Shown here piece by piece: positions 9,259 to 19,641 of a DNA stretch of 41,683 nucleotides (the first letter of the stretch is position 1; every line of letters begins with the position of its first letter). This DNA comes from Rhizaria sp. SCN 62-66 (Eukaryota). The stretch covers positions 1 to 41,683 of the forward strand of contig MEDY01000272.1 in assembly GCA_001724265.1 (NCBI GenBank). Reading direction: 5' to 3'. The notes under the pieces were generated by a model. That model did no database searches and was not told the DNA's origin. It saw only the letters and a list, made by a program, of their open reading frames with translations. The translations under genes and the position numbers were made by a program.

Positions 9259-12099
9259 TCACTTTTTCGGCTTCATAAACAAGTGCAAGCCCGACGAAGT
9301 CCGCTTGACCTGCTTGCTCGCATTCGCAGTCGCCGCTACAGCCGTCGCAGACGACGTCGTCATCGTCACACCGACAACCTCCAGATCACTCCCGTCCCCA
9401 TCATCGTTGTTGTCACAGCACTTCGCAGCTATCGCGGAAACAGGATCCTCCGTCGTCACATCTCCAACGGCATGCGTCTCGGTACTCATCGAAACGCTTG
9501 ATAATGATACCAAACTGCTTGTACGACAGACCATAGTGCTTGCTGCAGTCGCCGCTGCTGCAGAGCTCACAGTCGCTGTGGTTGTTGTGTTGCTGTTTAC
9601 TGCGAAAAAGGCGCCAATGCCGCCAGAGGTCCTCCTGTCAGCCGTCGGCACAGCACTACTATTACTATTAATATTGCTATTGCTATTGTTATTGCTATTG
9701 CTATTGTTATTGCTATTGCTATTGCTATCACTATTGCTATTACTGTTGTTGTTGCTGTTGTTGTTATTGTTGTTGTTGCTCTTTGGCGCGAAGAAGCTTC
9801 CGAGCAAGGCCTGCATCGAGCCGAGCCTCGCGACAGCCCTGCGCGCGCACAGCGGCGGCGCCTCGGCCGTGCCCGTCGCAACTGTACTATGGAGAGGCGG
9901 GGAAGCAAGGAAGCTTACGAGGACGGGGCAGTGATCAGAACCCATGACTCTGGGAAGAGCGCACGCGCGGCGCAGTAAACAGTGCGTTGCAGCGCCACGC
10001 TGCACCGCGTGAGCGCCAGACCCAGAGCCGGAGTCAGAAGCAGCTACAGCAGCAGCAGTCGGGTCTGCGACCGCAGTTGTGCGCTCAGTTGCGAACGTGA
10101 GCGAGTGAGACAGCAGCGTGTAGTCGATGCGGCAGCCAAGATTCGGCCCACGCAGGCCCTTAAGCGTGTTCCAGCACGTGTACGCGGCGCGCGCGTGCGG
10201 ATGCAACACACGGAACGCATCCCAGAGGAACGGACCCTCAGCACCGGCGCCAGCGCCAGAGGCAGCGTCAGAGGCAGCGCCAGCAACAGAGGCCGATACC
10301 ACTGCACTGGTGGTTTGGCTCAACGCAGTGGCCTGGCTCTGGCTTTGACTGGCGAGCACATTGGAAGCGTCAGCGTCTGTAGCAGTATCAGTGGGGCTTT
10401 GTTGCGGCGGTGCAATGTCGCTACCAGGACCAGGCGTTGGTGAAGCGCAGCAGCAGTCTGCTGACAAAGAAGCAGCATCTCCAGAGGCGGTAAGCAACTC
10501 AGAGTTAACAGATGCGTCGTCTACGCCAGTCTTAGTTTCAGCTTCACTCACAGCAATATCGTAATTGTCACTCTCGTGCAGGCTAACACTGTTGCGCATA
10601 TTGCTGTTGTTCCGATTGATGTTGTTGGTATTGTTCTCTTTGCGCAGCCACACTGCAGCCAGACCAGATGACTGGACTTCGGCGTCCAGCACAGCGCGCG
10701 CAAACTGCGGCGCCACGGCCACCGACTGCACACACTGCCCAGTCCGCGGACAACGCATCTGCGCTCCACTGCCGCCGCCGCGATTGCCCGTAGTGCTCGC
10801 GGGTGTGTTGTCCGCGTTTGTGGTTGGAAGGACAGCGCAACGGCAGAGATTGACGGTGGTGACCGTGGGCCCACGGGGCTTGGCCACCCGCACCCGCACA
10901 GCCACTGCTTCGGCCTCCGACCCTGCCTCTGCGGCCTGCGCAGCGCGCTCCTCGTCCTTCTGGCCCCCGCCCCCGCCATAGTAAACCACGGGGAGTCCTG
11001 CTCCAGAGAGGCGGCTCTCAGCGGCGCGCGTGTGCACATGCCGCGCTAACATAAGCCGCTCTCCGGGCAAAAACGACGATCCCTCGGCGAAATGCCGTGG
11101 TGAGTAGACGTCGAGACTGCGGAGCGCGATGTTGACGTCGCCGACGACGGCCACAGCGCGGGGGCGGGAGGACATAGCGCGCAGGGAAGTTAAGTCGCGT
11201 GCGCTGTGGACGCCACGAGCGAAGGGCGGCACAAGCTGTTGTGATAACACACTTGTGGTAGCCATTGCTGATGACGTGGATGCGCCCGCGTTGGCGACAT
11301 CGGCATTCATGCTGTCCTTGTTGCCTTTATCGCTGTTGCTGATGTCGGCTTTGATATCTGGGAGGAACTCTTGCTGGAATGTGCCACGCTCTAGGGCGCG
11401 CACACGGGCAAAAAGTGCCTCAAAGAAGCGGAACTTAAACTCAAGCCGCTCCGCGCTCTGCTGTCCGTTAGGGAAATAAACATTGAGACACAGAAACGCG
11501 TCGTGGTCCGTCAGCAGCGCGCGGCCCTCGCGGTCAAACTCTTCGAGGCCGAAGAAATCGCGCACTGCATGCAGAGTGGTGCCGCGGGGCGCGAAAGTGG
11601 CGACTCCTGAGTAGCCTTTGCGCGCGCGGGAATGCGACCAAAACGAGTCCCAGGACGCCGCGTTGCCGCCACCAACTGCGGGAATTGTGGGCAGCGCGAG
11701 GGCCGGGGTGAGGTCGGCGTCGGAGGAGAGCTTAGTCTCTTGGTAACAGACGATGGTCGAGGCGGCAGCACGAATGGTACCCGCAGCAGCATCCGCGGCC
11801 GCCACCGCGTCGCTGACGCCGCCAGCAACGCTCTTCCCGAGATAAACGTTATCGCCGTTCCTGTTCTTGCCGGGACTGCCGCTGTTGATGTTGCTGTTGT
11901 CGTTGATGTTACTGCTGCTTAGGTGAGGCACGAGAGGAGCGAGAGCGTGTGGGTGGCCGGCAGTGATGAGACTGCGGACGCCGTTGACGTTCCAGGAGAT
12001 GATCGAATAGAGCTGCCGCGGGGCCACAGCACCAACAGCGCCCGTAACCGCAGTCGCCATAGCCAGAGGAGCGGCTGCACAACCTGGGTTGTCTGCCAT
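9259..12099 (-). CDS. APEX2: ExoIII-family AP endonuclease, APE2/Apn2-type (946 aa from ATG at 12099)
   Basis: EEP motifs in order: SWNVNG, YQETK, GYSGVA, DREGR, NVYFPNG, GDVNIA, WDAFR, YTCWN, RIDY, GSDHCPV, followed by a canonical PIP box QALLGSFF as in APE2. Start codon inferred (the ORF is open to 12231). Confidence 0.85.
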   Translation of the reverse strand: MADNPGCAAAPLAMATAVTGAVGAVAPRQLYSIISWNVNGVRSLITAGHPHALAPLVPHLSSSNINDNSNINSGSPGKNRNGDNVYLGKSVAGGVSDAVAAADAAAGTIRAAASTIVCYQETKLSSDADLTPALALPTIPAVGGGNAASWDSFWSHSRARKGYSGVATFAPRGTTLHAVRDFFGLEEFDREGRALLTDHDAFLCLNVYFPNGQQSAERLEFKFRFFEALFARVRALERGTFQQEFLPDIKADISNSDKGNKDSMNADVANAGASTSSAMATTSVLSQQLVPPFARGVHSARDLTSLRAMSSRPRAVAVVGDVNIALRSLDVYSPRHFAEGSSFLPGERLMLARHVHTRAAESRLSGAGLPVVYYGGGGGQKDEERAAQAAEAGSEAEAVAVRVRVAKPRGPTVTTVNLCRCAVLPTTNADNTPASTTGNRGGGSGAQMRCPRTGQCVQSVAVAPQFARAVLDAEVQSSGLAAVWLRKENNTNNINRNNSNMRNSVSLHESDNYDIAVSEAETKTGVDDASVNSELLTASGDAASLSADCCCASPTPGPGSDIAPPQQSPTDTATDADASNVLASQSQSQATALSQTTSAVVSASVAGAASDAASGAGAGAEGPFLWDAFRVLHPHARAAYTCWNTLKGLRGPNLGCRIDYTLLSHSLTFATERTTAVADPTAAAVAASDSGSGSGAHAVQRGAATHCLLRRACALPRVMGSDHCPVLVSFLASPPLHSTVATGTAEAPPLCARRAVARLGSMQALLGSFFAPKSNNNNNNNSNNNSNSNSDSNSNSNNNSNSNNNSNSNINSNSSAVPTADRRTSGGIGAFFAVNSNTTTTATVSSAAAATAASTMVCRTSSLVSLSSVSMSTETHAVGDVTTEDPVSAIAAKCCDNNDDGDGSDLEVVGVTMTTSSATAVAATANASKQVKRTSSGLHLFMKPKK
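9655..9780 (-). repeat. Coding trinucleotide repeat (AAC/AAT/AGC) encoding an Asn/Ser tract in APE2
   Basis: Plus strand shows repeated ttg/ctattg units; translates as NNNNNNNSNNNSNSNSDSNS on the minus strand. Confidence 0.9.
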
Positions 12100-12557
12100 G
12101 ATGCGCAGCTGTGAGCGCGGGAATCTAGTCCTGCTATCACTTCGTGGTGTGGGAGAGAAAGGCTGGGGATATAGCGGAAGACAGGATCCAGTGAGAAAAT
12201 ATCGATTAAAACATACAATAGATTCGCCCATAAATCACGCAATTAGTAAGAACTTGCAATAATAACGACACTCCTCTGGGCTCCCAGTACTATACAAGAG
12301 GGCGCGCAAACGTGCAACGCGAGCCCTCGACAACTCGCGCGAGAGGAGGCCCTCCCTCGAGGCGAGATTTCAAACTCAAATACCGCCGTAGCTTGAGCGT
12401 CAGTTTGAACTTGAGTCTTTTGTAAAGCATTTAGTGTTGACCAACTTGTATAATTTATTCTTGCATTTCTCTCACTTGCGCTGTATATCACTCCGCATCG
12501 CTTCCCCTCCATGTTGACGTCGCCCTGATATTGCCCCCTCTCTGCAGAGTTCCGCCC

Positions 12558-13991
12558 ATGTCCGAAATGGCGCCTCTGAAGGACGCGCCAGCGACGGCGG
12601 CTCCGATGAGCGAGGAGGAGCGCCGCAAGGCGCAGGAGGCGGAGCACGAGAAGAATATGGCCGCATACAAGTCTGACACGCAGACATCGCGCCTCAAGCT
12701 GCTTTGCCACCCGTGTCTGAACCTCTACATGTGCACTATGTTCGGCCACAAGTTCCACGTCACCGAGGTGTTCTGCCTTGGCGCGTTCATCCTCTGCGTG
12801 CTAGGCGGCGTGTTTGTGCTCACCAAGAGCCCATTCCCGACGTATATCTTCTCCATTGGTCTCGCCATCTACTCCCTGCTGTCGATCATCTTTGTCTGGG
12901 ACTACGTCTCCGTCTCCTCGCTCGCGGCCATCGCCACGCGGCTCGAAGGCATCGCCAAGCGCGGCCAGCTTGAGGCCGCCAAGTACAACCTCATCAACGA
13001 CTCGCTTGAGGAGCAAACCAGCACGTATAAGTCCCAGCTGGGTCTCCTCGGTGAGGGCACAACCGGCATTGACGTCGAGATCGGCAATCTCGACGCGCTC
13101 ATCCCCAAGCTGGAGGAGATGCAAGAGGTCCACGAGTCGCTCAACAAGCGCCAGATCGAGCTCGGTGACCGCGAGGAAGCCTTCGCGCGCGAATCCAAGC
13201 TTGCTGTCGAGGACAAGGCCAAGGAACTCGTCAAATCCGCGCTCAAGGTGCTTTTCGAGGCCTTTCCCAAGCTTCCTTTCCGCCAGGGTGTTGCGCGCGC
13301 CACTCCCGACGCCGTCGAGGCCATCCGCGGCTTTCTCCGCGTTAACGACGTGCCTTTCACGCCCGCTCTTACCCCGCTCCTGTCCGGTAAGTTCGTCAAC
13401 TCTCAGGACCTCGTTGAATACGTTGACCGTGAGCTCTCGACACGGTTCTTCCGCCTCAAGTTTGCCGCGGAAACCACACGCCAGAAGGAACACGAGGTGT
13501 ACGAGCAGCGGCAGGAGCTGTCCCGTCTGCGGTCCAAGTCCGAGCGCATCGAGCGCGGGATTTTGGACCCCGAGGACCTCAAGGAGATCCAGCGTCGCAA
13601 GGAAGAGCGGAAGCAGAAGAAGGCGCAGAAGGAGAAAGAGGAGAAAGAGCGCGCCGCGGCCATCGCGCGCGGCGAGGAGCTTGTCGCCGTGGCGCCCAGC
13701 GGCGGCGACGGCGACGACGAAGAGGAGGAGCCCAGTGTGAGCCACAAGGCCGCCGCGGTCTCCTTCGCTGCGCTGCCGACGATGACTACCTCAGCTGCCC
13801 CCGCTGAGCACAAGGATGATGAGGCGGAGAGCGGGCATCACCAGGCCGCAGCGGCGGAGCGCAGCGTGAGTCAAGGCAGCAACAAGGGCAGTCACCGCGA
13901 TGATGAGCACGCTGACGGTGGCGCAGATAACCACGGTGATGCCGACATCGATGCGGTCAAGTTCCACCATGACGCTGACGAGATGCTCTAA
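12558..13991 (+). CDS. Unrecognised membrane protein A: two N-terminal TM helices, long coiled coil, degenerate EF-hand-like insert, charged tail (477 aa)
   Basis: Codon-biased ORF, ATG 12558 to TAA. Hydrophobic VFCLGAFILCVLGGVFVL and YIFSIGLAIYSLLSIIFVW followed by an E/K/Q/L heptad-rich region; collinear with 14495-15445. Confidence 0.85.
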   Translation: MSEMAPLKDAPATAAPMSEEERRKAQEAEHEKNMAAYKSDTQTSRLKLLCHPCLNLYMCTMFGHKFHVTEVFCLGAFILCVLGGVFVLTKSPFPTYIFSIGLAIYSLLSIIFVWDYVSVSSLAAIATRLEGIAKRGQLEAAKYNLINDSLEEQTSTYKSQLGLLGEGTTGIDVEIGNLDALIPKLEEMQEVHESLNKRQIELGDREEAFARESKLAVEDKAKELVKSALKVLFEAFPKLPFRQGVARATPDAVEAIRGFLRVNDVPFTPALTPLLSGKFVNSQDLVEYVDRELSTRFFRLKFAAETTRQKEHEVYEQRQELSRLRSKSERIERGILDPEDLKEIQRRKEERKQKKAQKEKEEKERAAAIARGEELVAVAPSGGDGDDEEEEPSVSHKAAAVSFAALPTMTTSAAPAEHKDDEAESGHHQAAAAERSVSQGSNKGSHRDDEHADGGADNHGDADIDAVKFHHDADEML

Positions 13992-14494
13992 AGTCTTAGC
14001 AATGTCGCTGTTGCTGTTTATGTTGTCGTCATAGCTCTCCAGCGCCAAAATGTTATATCAGTGCAGTAAATCTTCTCATATATTGTTCATACATAGCTTG
14101 TTCTTATTTTGTTCTCATTCCCCACCAAATGTATGATGGCAAGAAGATGGATGTCAATGATATCGAAGGCATATTGGTTGATAAACGAAGGTCGTTAAAA
14201 ATGTAAATTCTGTGTAGTGTATAGTATTGATTTATTATTGAGCTCAGCTCCAAATTGTTTGAACGTCACATCACTGCATTCTATTGCACTGTACACACTG
14301 GCCCTTGTCACACAAAGCGACCCTCCCAACAAGCAAGCACGCGCGCACAAACACACGCAGCAAACACGCAACAAACACGCAACGCATCATCGTCACGGAT
14401 TTGTACAGTCAGTGGCGTTGCCACATAGTTGCTGTGGTGCGTGTTTGTGTGTTGGCTTCATCTGCAAGCCCTAGCGCAAACCGAACTCGCAGAT

Positions 14495-15445
14495 TCAAGC
14501 GCCGCCAGCGGGGAGGGAGATGTTACTCTGATTGCCCTCGTGAATCTTCATGAGCTTTTCCTGGTTGAGCTCATATGTCTTCTTCGCAATCTCCTCCTTC
14601 AGCCGCGAGATCGAGTTCGTGAGCATGCGGTCGCGGCGCTTCAGGGCGCGCGTCTCTAACACAGCGTCGTTGAGCCGCCCCAAATGCTCGCCCAGCACCA
14701 TGCGCATCATCGACGAGAACTCGCCCTTGGTCATATCGTTACTCGCGAACGCGTCCGTCATGTCGGGCGTCCACTCGATGCCGTCGGCGGCGAGCAGGCC
14801 GCGCAGCTCCGAGAGCTTGTCGCCGCAGTGGAGCGTCGTGCCGTCACAAATCATGTCGAACATGGCCAGAACCTTCTCCTCGAAGTTGAGCTGGGCCTGG
14901 CGGGCCGCGAACTCGTTCTCCGCGCGCGTGAGGTCCTGCAGCTGCTTCTGGAAGCCGCGCCGCTTGGCAACGATGTCCTCCGTCTGCTTGAGCAGGTGCT
15001 CTTGCTTCTGCACGACTTTCTCCACGGACATGACTGAGCGGCCCAGCGTGACGCGCGAGTTCTCCAGCAGCTCGAGGCGTTCGGTGAACTCCTCGTTGTT
15101 GGCTTTCATGTTGCCCGTGGTGGCGCGGAGACGCTCGTTCTGCTTGGCGATGTCGTGCACAACGATTTCGAGCGTCTCGCCGGCCATGCCGATGCGCTTG
15201 GCCGTGCACATGTTCCAAGTGTAGCCCGTGCCCAGCGCGGCTGTGAGCACGAGACACAGCGCTGGCAGCGCGGGCGGGATGACCGCCGAGACAATGGCGC
15301 CTGCGGTAAGGCCAAAGCCGGTGGCGGCCATGAAGAGGAAAAACACTTCGGTCCAGTGCCAGTCGTGGCCGCAGGAAGTGAAGAGCGTCTTGTCCATGTT
15401 CTTTTTGCCGGCCTCGAGGTCGCCAGCGAGTTTAAGGAGGAACAT
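14495..15445 (-). CDS. Unrecognised membrane protein B, paralogue of 12558-13991 (316 aa)
   Basis: ATG to TGA. Shares GHx[FW]HxTEVFxL and ungapped downstream anchors with gene A; two hydrophobic helices, coiled coil, EF-hand-like MFDMICDG..ELRGLL..MTKGEFSSMM. Confidence 0.85.
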   Translation of the reverse strand: MFLLKLAGDLEAGKKNMDKTLFTSCGHDWHWTEVFFLFMAATGFGLTAGAIVSAVIPPALPALCLVLTAALGTGYTWNMCTAKRIGMAGETLEIVVHDIAKQNERLRATTGNMKANNEEFTERLELLENSRVTLGRSVMSVEKVVQKQEHLLKQTEDIVAKRRGFQKQLQDLTRAENEFAARQAQLNFEEKVLAMFDMICDGTTLHCGDKLSELRGLLAADGIEWTPDMTDAFASNDMTKGEFSSMMRMVLGEHLGRLNDAVLETRALKRRDRMLTNSISRLKEEIAKKTYELNQEKLMKIHEGNQSNISLPAGGA

Positions 15446-16422
15446 GTTGCTCGTTGGGGGTTAAAAAACCAAGTGCTGTAAACTAACCGGGGTTTTAAAA
15501 CTTGATACGCTGTTCGAGTCCCACTGACGGAAAGGACACGAGAGAAACAAGACGTCCAAATACTTGGCCACGTCGAGAACGAAGGGGGTGGATGGAGGGC
15601 GGCGCTCTCGTCAAATTTTGACGAACCGCGGTCGTCGACCAGCAGAGGCCGAGGAGCGAGAGTGGTGTTTCGTGATCCTGCCGAGGCACGTATTCAAAAA
15701 TCAGATTAAAATAGTTGCGGGCAAGCGTTAGAGTCAGACGTTTTTATACTGGTATAATAACGAGTTGAGAATGTGTAGTTAAATTTTGGCAGCGTGGATC
15801 TTCCATCTTAAGTGTGTTTTCTTTTCGGCTTTGTCGGCCCACTTCGCACCGCCCGTACTTTTCGCTCTCGTTCGCTCTCTTTGTTTGTGCGTCGTTTCCA
15901 TCATATTTCGCCACTCAGTCCCGCTTCGGCATCGTCGAACGCATGGTTACGCCACTCTTCTCCGACGCAGATGTCGCTTGAAGTCCCGTGCTGCAATCTT
16001 GCCGCTCTGATAGGCCGGCAAAAGCGCGCGCTGTTGTGATGTTGATTCCGAATCTTGCCTCCTCTCCTTCTCGCCTGTCAACCGCGACCAACCTGCTACC
16101 TGCCGACTGCCGACTACTTCCTCGACTCGACCTCTACTTCTACTTCTACCACGACGACTCCGACGACTCCTACCGCTGCCCTGCTGCCACCGCAACCCTC
16201 TCTCGCTCTCGCTCTGCACACGTCGTTATCCATCTCTCGCCATGCATCGAGCTCACCAAAACCACCCACAATCCTGATCCTGCTGTCTCCTCGCCTCCCA
16301 TCTCTGTCTCGCACACCCCACTCAATGCCCTTCTCGCTGACGTCTTGTTTCCGTCGCATTCGATGCCAATCGACAACTAACAACAACGACCGCAACTGTA
16401 CCGTACCGCGAACAGCAGCCCG

Positions 16423-18147
16423 ATGGACTTCGAGACGCACCCCGTCGACGAGCAGCAGCAGCAGACCCTCGACTCGTCCTCCTCCCAGCAGGACGTCCCG
16501 GCCTCCGAGGACAACGCCAACATCGGCAACGCCGCCTCCGAGACCTCTGAGAACGCCGACAACGCGTCCGCCGAGTCGCCCGCCAACGCCGCGGCCGCGG
16601 CTGCCGACGCGACGACTCTGTACATCCGCAGCGTTCCCAAGACCACGACCGAGGACGACGTGCGCGCCGTGTTCAGTCAGTTCGGTGACATCTCCTCGGT
16701 CTCCATTCGCACCGGTCGCACCCGCCGCCGCCGCGGCGACGACGCCGCGGACGCCGCTAGCACCGGCGCCTCTGCCGAGTTCACGATGTGCTTTGTCGAG
16801 TTCACCGCGCCCGCCGCCGTCTCGGCCGCGCTCGCCGCCGGCCCTCTGTCGCTGCTGGGCGAGGACCTGGTCATGGAGCCCTCGATCCGCCGTCCCAAGG
16901 CCGAGAAGCCCGCCAAGGCCGCCGAGAAGCCCGCCGAGTCGTCCCGCGTCTTCCTCGGCGCTCTCAAGACCTGCACTCCCTCCGAGGTCACCGACGCTGT
17001 GGCCGGCGCCCTCGCCGGTCTGCTGACCGCCGACGGAGCCCCCGTCACCGCGACCGACGTGCTCGTCAAGCGTGGCTTCGCCTTCGTGGTCTTCCCGTCG
17101 GCCGCCGCCGCCGCGGCCGCGCTGCCCGTGCTCAGCAACCTCCGCGTCGGCAATGACACCGCCGCGGCCGAGCTCGCCAAGCCGGACGGCGCCAACGGCG
17201 GCAAGAAGGACGGTGACTCGCGCCGCGGGGACCGCGGGGACCGCGGAGACCGCGGAGACCGTGACCGCGACGGCCGCCGCGGCGGTGCCCGTGATGTCGA
17301 CTCACAGTCATGCCGTCTCTTTATCACCAACGTGTCGCCCGATGTTAAGCCCGGCGATCTCATTGCGCTCTGCCAGCCCTACGGCGCCGTCACCGAGGTC
17401 TCCCCGCACCGCGTCGACGGCGCCATCAAAAACGTCTTCGTCGAGCTCGAGACCCATGAGGCGGCCCGCCGCGCGCTCCGCGGGCTCGCCGGCGCCGCGC
17501 TCGATGGCCGCACGATCCGCGTCGAGCTCGCCAAGCCCCGTGGCCGCGCCGGCGACGTCGGTGACCGCGGCGACCGTGGGCGCGGTGACCGTGGGCGTGG
17601 CGGCGACGACCGCCGCGACGGCGGCCGCGAGCGCGGTGACCGTGATCGCAGTGACCGTGACCGCGACGGTGGCCGCCGCCGTGGTGAAGACAGCCGCGAC
17701 TACGGCCGCGGCGGCCGTGGCAGCGATGACCGCGATTACGGCCGCGACAGCCGCGATTATGGCCGTGACGCGCGCGATTACGGTCGCGACAGCCGCGACT
17801 ACGGCCGCGACTCTAGCCGCGACTATGACCGTGGGTACGACCGCCGCAGCGACGATCGCGACAGCAGCTACGGCGGCCGCGGCGGCTACGACCGCGACCG
17901 CGACAGCTACCGCGACGAGCGCGGCAGCGACCGTGGGTACGACGCGCGTGACCGCGAGTACGAGCGCCGCGACGACCGCGGCTACGACCGCGTGCGCGAC
18001 TACGAGCGCGACCGCTCTGCCTCGTCTTCCTCGTCCTCGAGCTCGGCGGTGGCTGCCTCCGGCAGCGTTGAGGACCGTGACCGCGCACGTGGGTCCTCGT
18101 ATGAGCGCGATTACGACGCGCGCGACCGCCGCCCGATCCGCGACTGA
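16423..18147 (+). CDS. RNA-binding protein with three RRM domains and an R/D/G/Y-rich low-complexity tail (574 aa)
   Basis: RNP2/RNP1-like pairs TLYIRSV..CFVEF, RVFLGAL..RGFAFVVF, RLFITNV..NVFVEL..GRTIRVELAK; tail rich in RG, RD and RDY. Confidence 0.9.
   Translation: MDFETHPVDEQQQQTLDSSSSQQDVPASEDNANIGNAASETSENADNASAESPANAAAAAADATTLYIRSVPKTTTEDDVRAVFSQFGDISSVSIRTGRTRRRRGDDAADAASTGASAEFTMCFVEFTAPAAVSAALAAGPLSLLGEDLVMEPSIRRPKAEKPAKAAEKPAESSRVFLGALKTCTPSEVTDAVAGALAGLLTADGAPVTATDVLVKRGFAFVVFPSAAAAAAALPVLSNLRVGNDTAAAELAKPDGANGGKKDGDSRRGDRGDRGDRGDRDRDGRRGGARDVDSQSCRLFITNVSPDVKPGDLIALCQPYGAVTEVSPHRVDGAIKNVFVELETHEAARRALRGLAGAALDGRTIRVELAKPRGRAGDVGDRGDRGRGDRGRGGDDRRDGGRERGDRDRSDRDRDGGRRRGEDSRDYGRGGRGSDDRDYGRDSRDYGRDARDYGRDSRDYGRDSSRDYDRGYDRRSDDRDSSYGGRGGYDRDRDSYRDERGSDRGYDARDREYERRDDRGYDRVRDYERDRSASSSSSSSSAVAASGSVEDRDRARGSSYERDYDARDRRPIRD
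17731..17814 (+). repeat. 4 x 21-nt coding tandem repeat encoding RDYGRD(S/A)
   Basis: cgcgattacggccgcgacagc / cgcgattatggccgtgacgcg / cgcgattacggtcgcgacagc / cgcgactacggccgcgactct. Confidence 0.9.
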
Positions 18148-19254
18148 GCGCAGCACACACTCTGCAGTGCGCTGGGGGGCTGTGCGCTCTCATATGACGT
18201 TCAGTGACCGGTGAGTGAGTGATGAGTCGATGGATAGGAAGGAAAGAAAAATAAGCTGCTAGCTGTTTTGTTATTCTCGTTTGTCATCTGTTTTTTTGTC
18301 GTAATATAAATCAATATAATAAACCATACGCTTTTGCTCTCTCTATCTTTGTCCCTCAACGAGTTGATGTTCTTGTCATTTATGCAAGCTCACAACGCAA
18401 CAAGTCATCCTTTTAGGGTGATCGAAATCCATCGCAGCTCCCATGGCTTGATGTTCATGTGGGACACGTGTACTCTAAACTGTTTGTAGTTGAAAAGGCG
18501 GGTCGTCGCAATGTAACACGCTTTTGGCTGAAGCTCAAGCAGTCCTTTTATGTAAAATGTCGCGCGTAACATTTGCTGCGGTCGCGAAGGGTCAGGCTGA
18601 GATGAAGTGGGGTCTGGATCAATCACGCCTCCTTCACACCCTCGCTGCTCTTGATATCGCAGACAGCACCGGCGTTAAGGCACACTTTTCTTTCGGGGAC
18701 GATTAGTGTCCGATCCTGTTTCCGATCATGTTTATCAGTTGTTGTTGCGGGTGTCTCATTATCATCGAAATCCCACCGTTGCGTTCAGTCGAATATGTAT
18801 TGTCTGATTATTTTGCTCGAAAATGCGAAGTGGTTCGAAGATGCTTTGGTGATATCGGAGGTTTTCAATTAAGTGTATCTGCTTGTGTTTGTGACGGTGA
18901 TTCATTCATACCAATGGCGGGATAAGATACAAGCGTACATGGAGAACTAACTGCGACGATGACGACTTGTGATAATAGCGAGTACATATATACTATTAAA
19001 ACGGTTAAGGGGTTCACCTGGCCCCTGACACGTGCGCACGACGAAACGTCATGCATATGTGTTTCACAACACGTCACAGTGCATGTGTACAGACAGGCGG
19101 ACGACACTCTTAGCGTCACCGCGCTGTGTTAACAACACACGCCAATCAGCAACACGTGTCCAGTGATGTGTCCAATCATGAATCGCGAGTTAACTTGTAC
19201 ACGTGATGTGAGTGAATAAACTTGATGCATTGACTCGAGCAGTCATACGTTGAC

Positions 19255-19597
19255 TCACTTTCCGGCCTTTTTGTCCGCCTTTTTGCCCGCCGCGGCGGCC
19301 GCCGCGGCCTCCCTGCGCCGCTCCGTCGAGTCAAGCACCGTCTCGACCCGCAGCAGCGTGTCGGCGGGCGCGCGCAGTCGCAGCGACGCCCACGCCGCGC
19401 GCGCCATCGCAGCGCGCACGCGCGCGCCCGCCGCCACGCTCACAGAGTCGTGCTTTGTCTCACGCCGCGTGGCCGCAGCCGCCGCAGCGCCAGCTGCGCT
19501 GTCGACGCTTGACCCCGCAGGCGCAGCGGTACTGGTGGCGGCCGCACCGGCAGTCTCGGTCGCAGCCGCCGTGGCAATCGCGGAATGAGTGTCATCG

Positions 19598-19641
<44 letters not shown>

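Noticed and set aside
9158-9934. Poly-Leu membrane-protein-like ORFs (also 4106-4588 and 24118-24318)
   Set aside because: Antisense readings of AAC/AGC/CAG repeat tracts.
18400-18925. Two same-frame plus-strand ORFs (18524-18706 and 18728-18925) joined across a TAG, plus short minus-strand ORFs
   Set aside because: No codon bias like the real genes and no recognisable motif; chance or an unidentifiable relic, so not used as evidence for TAG reassignment.
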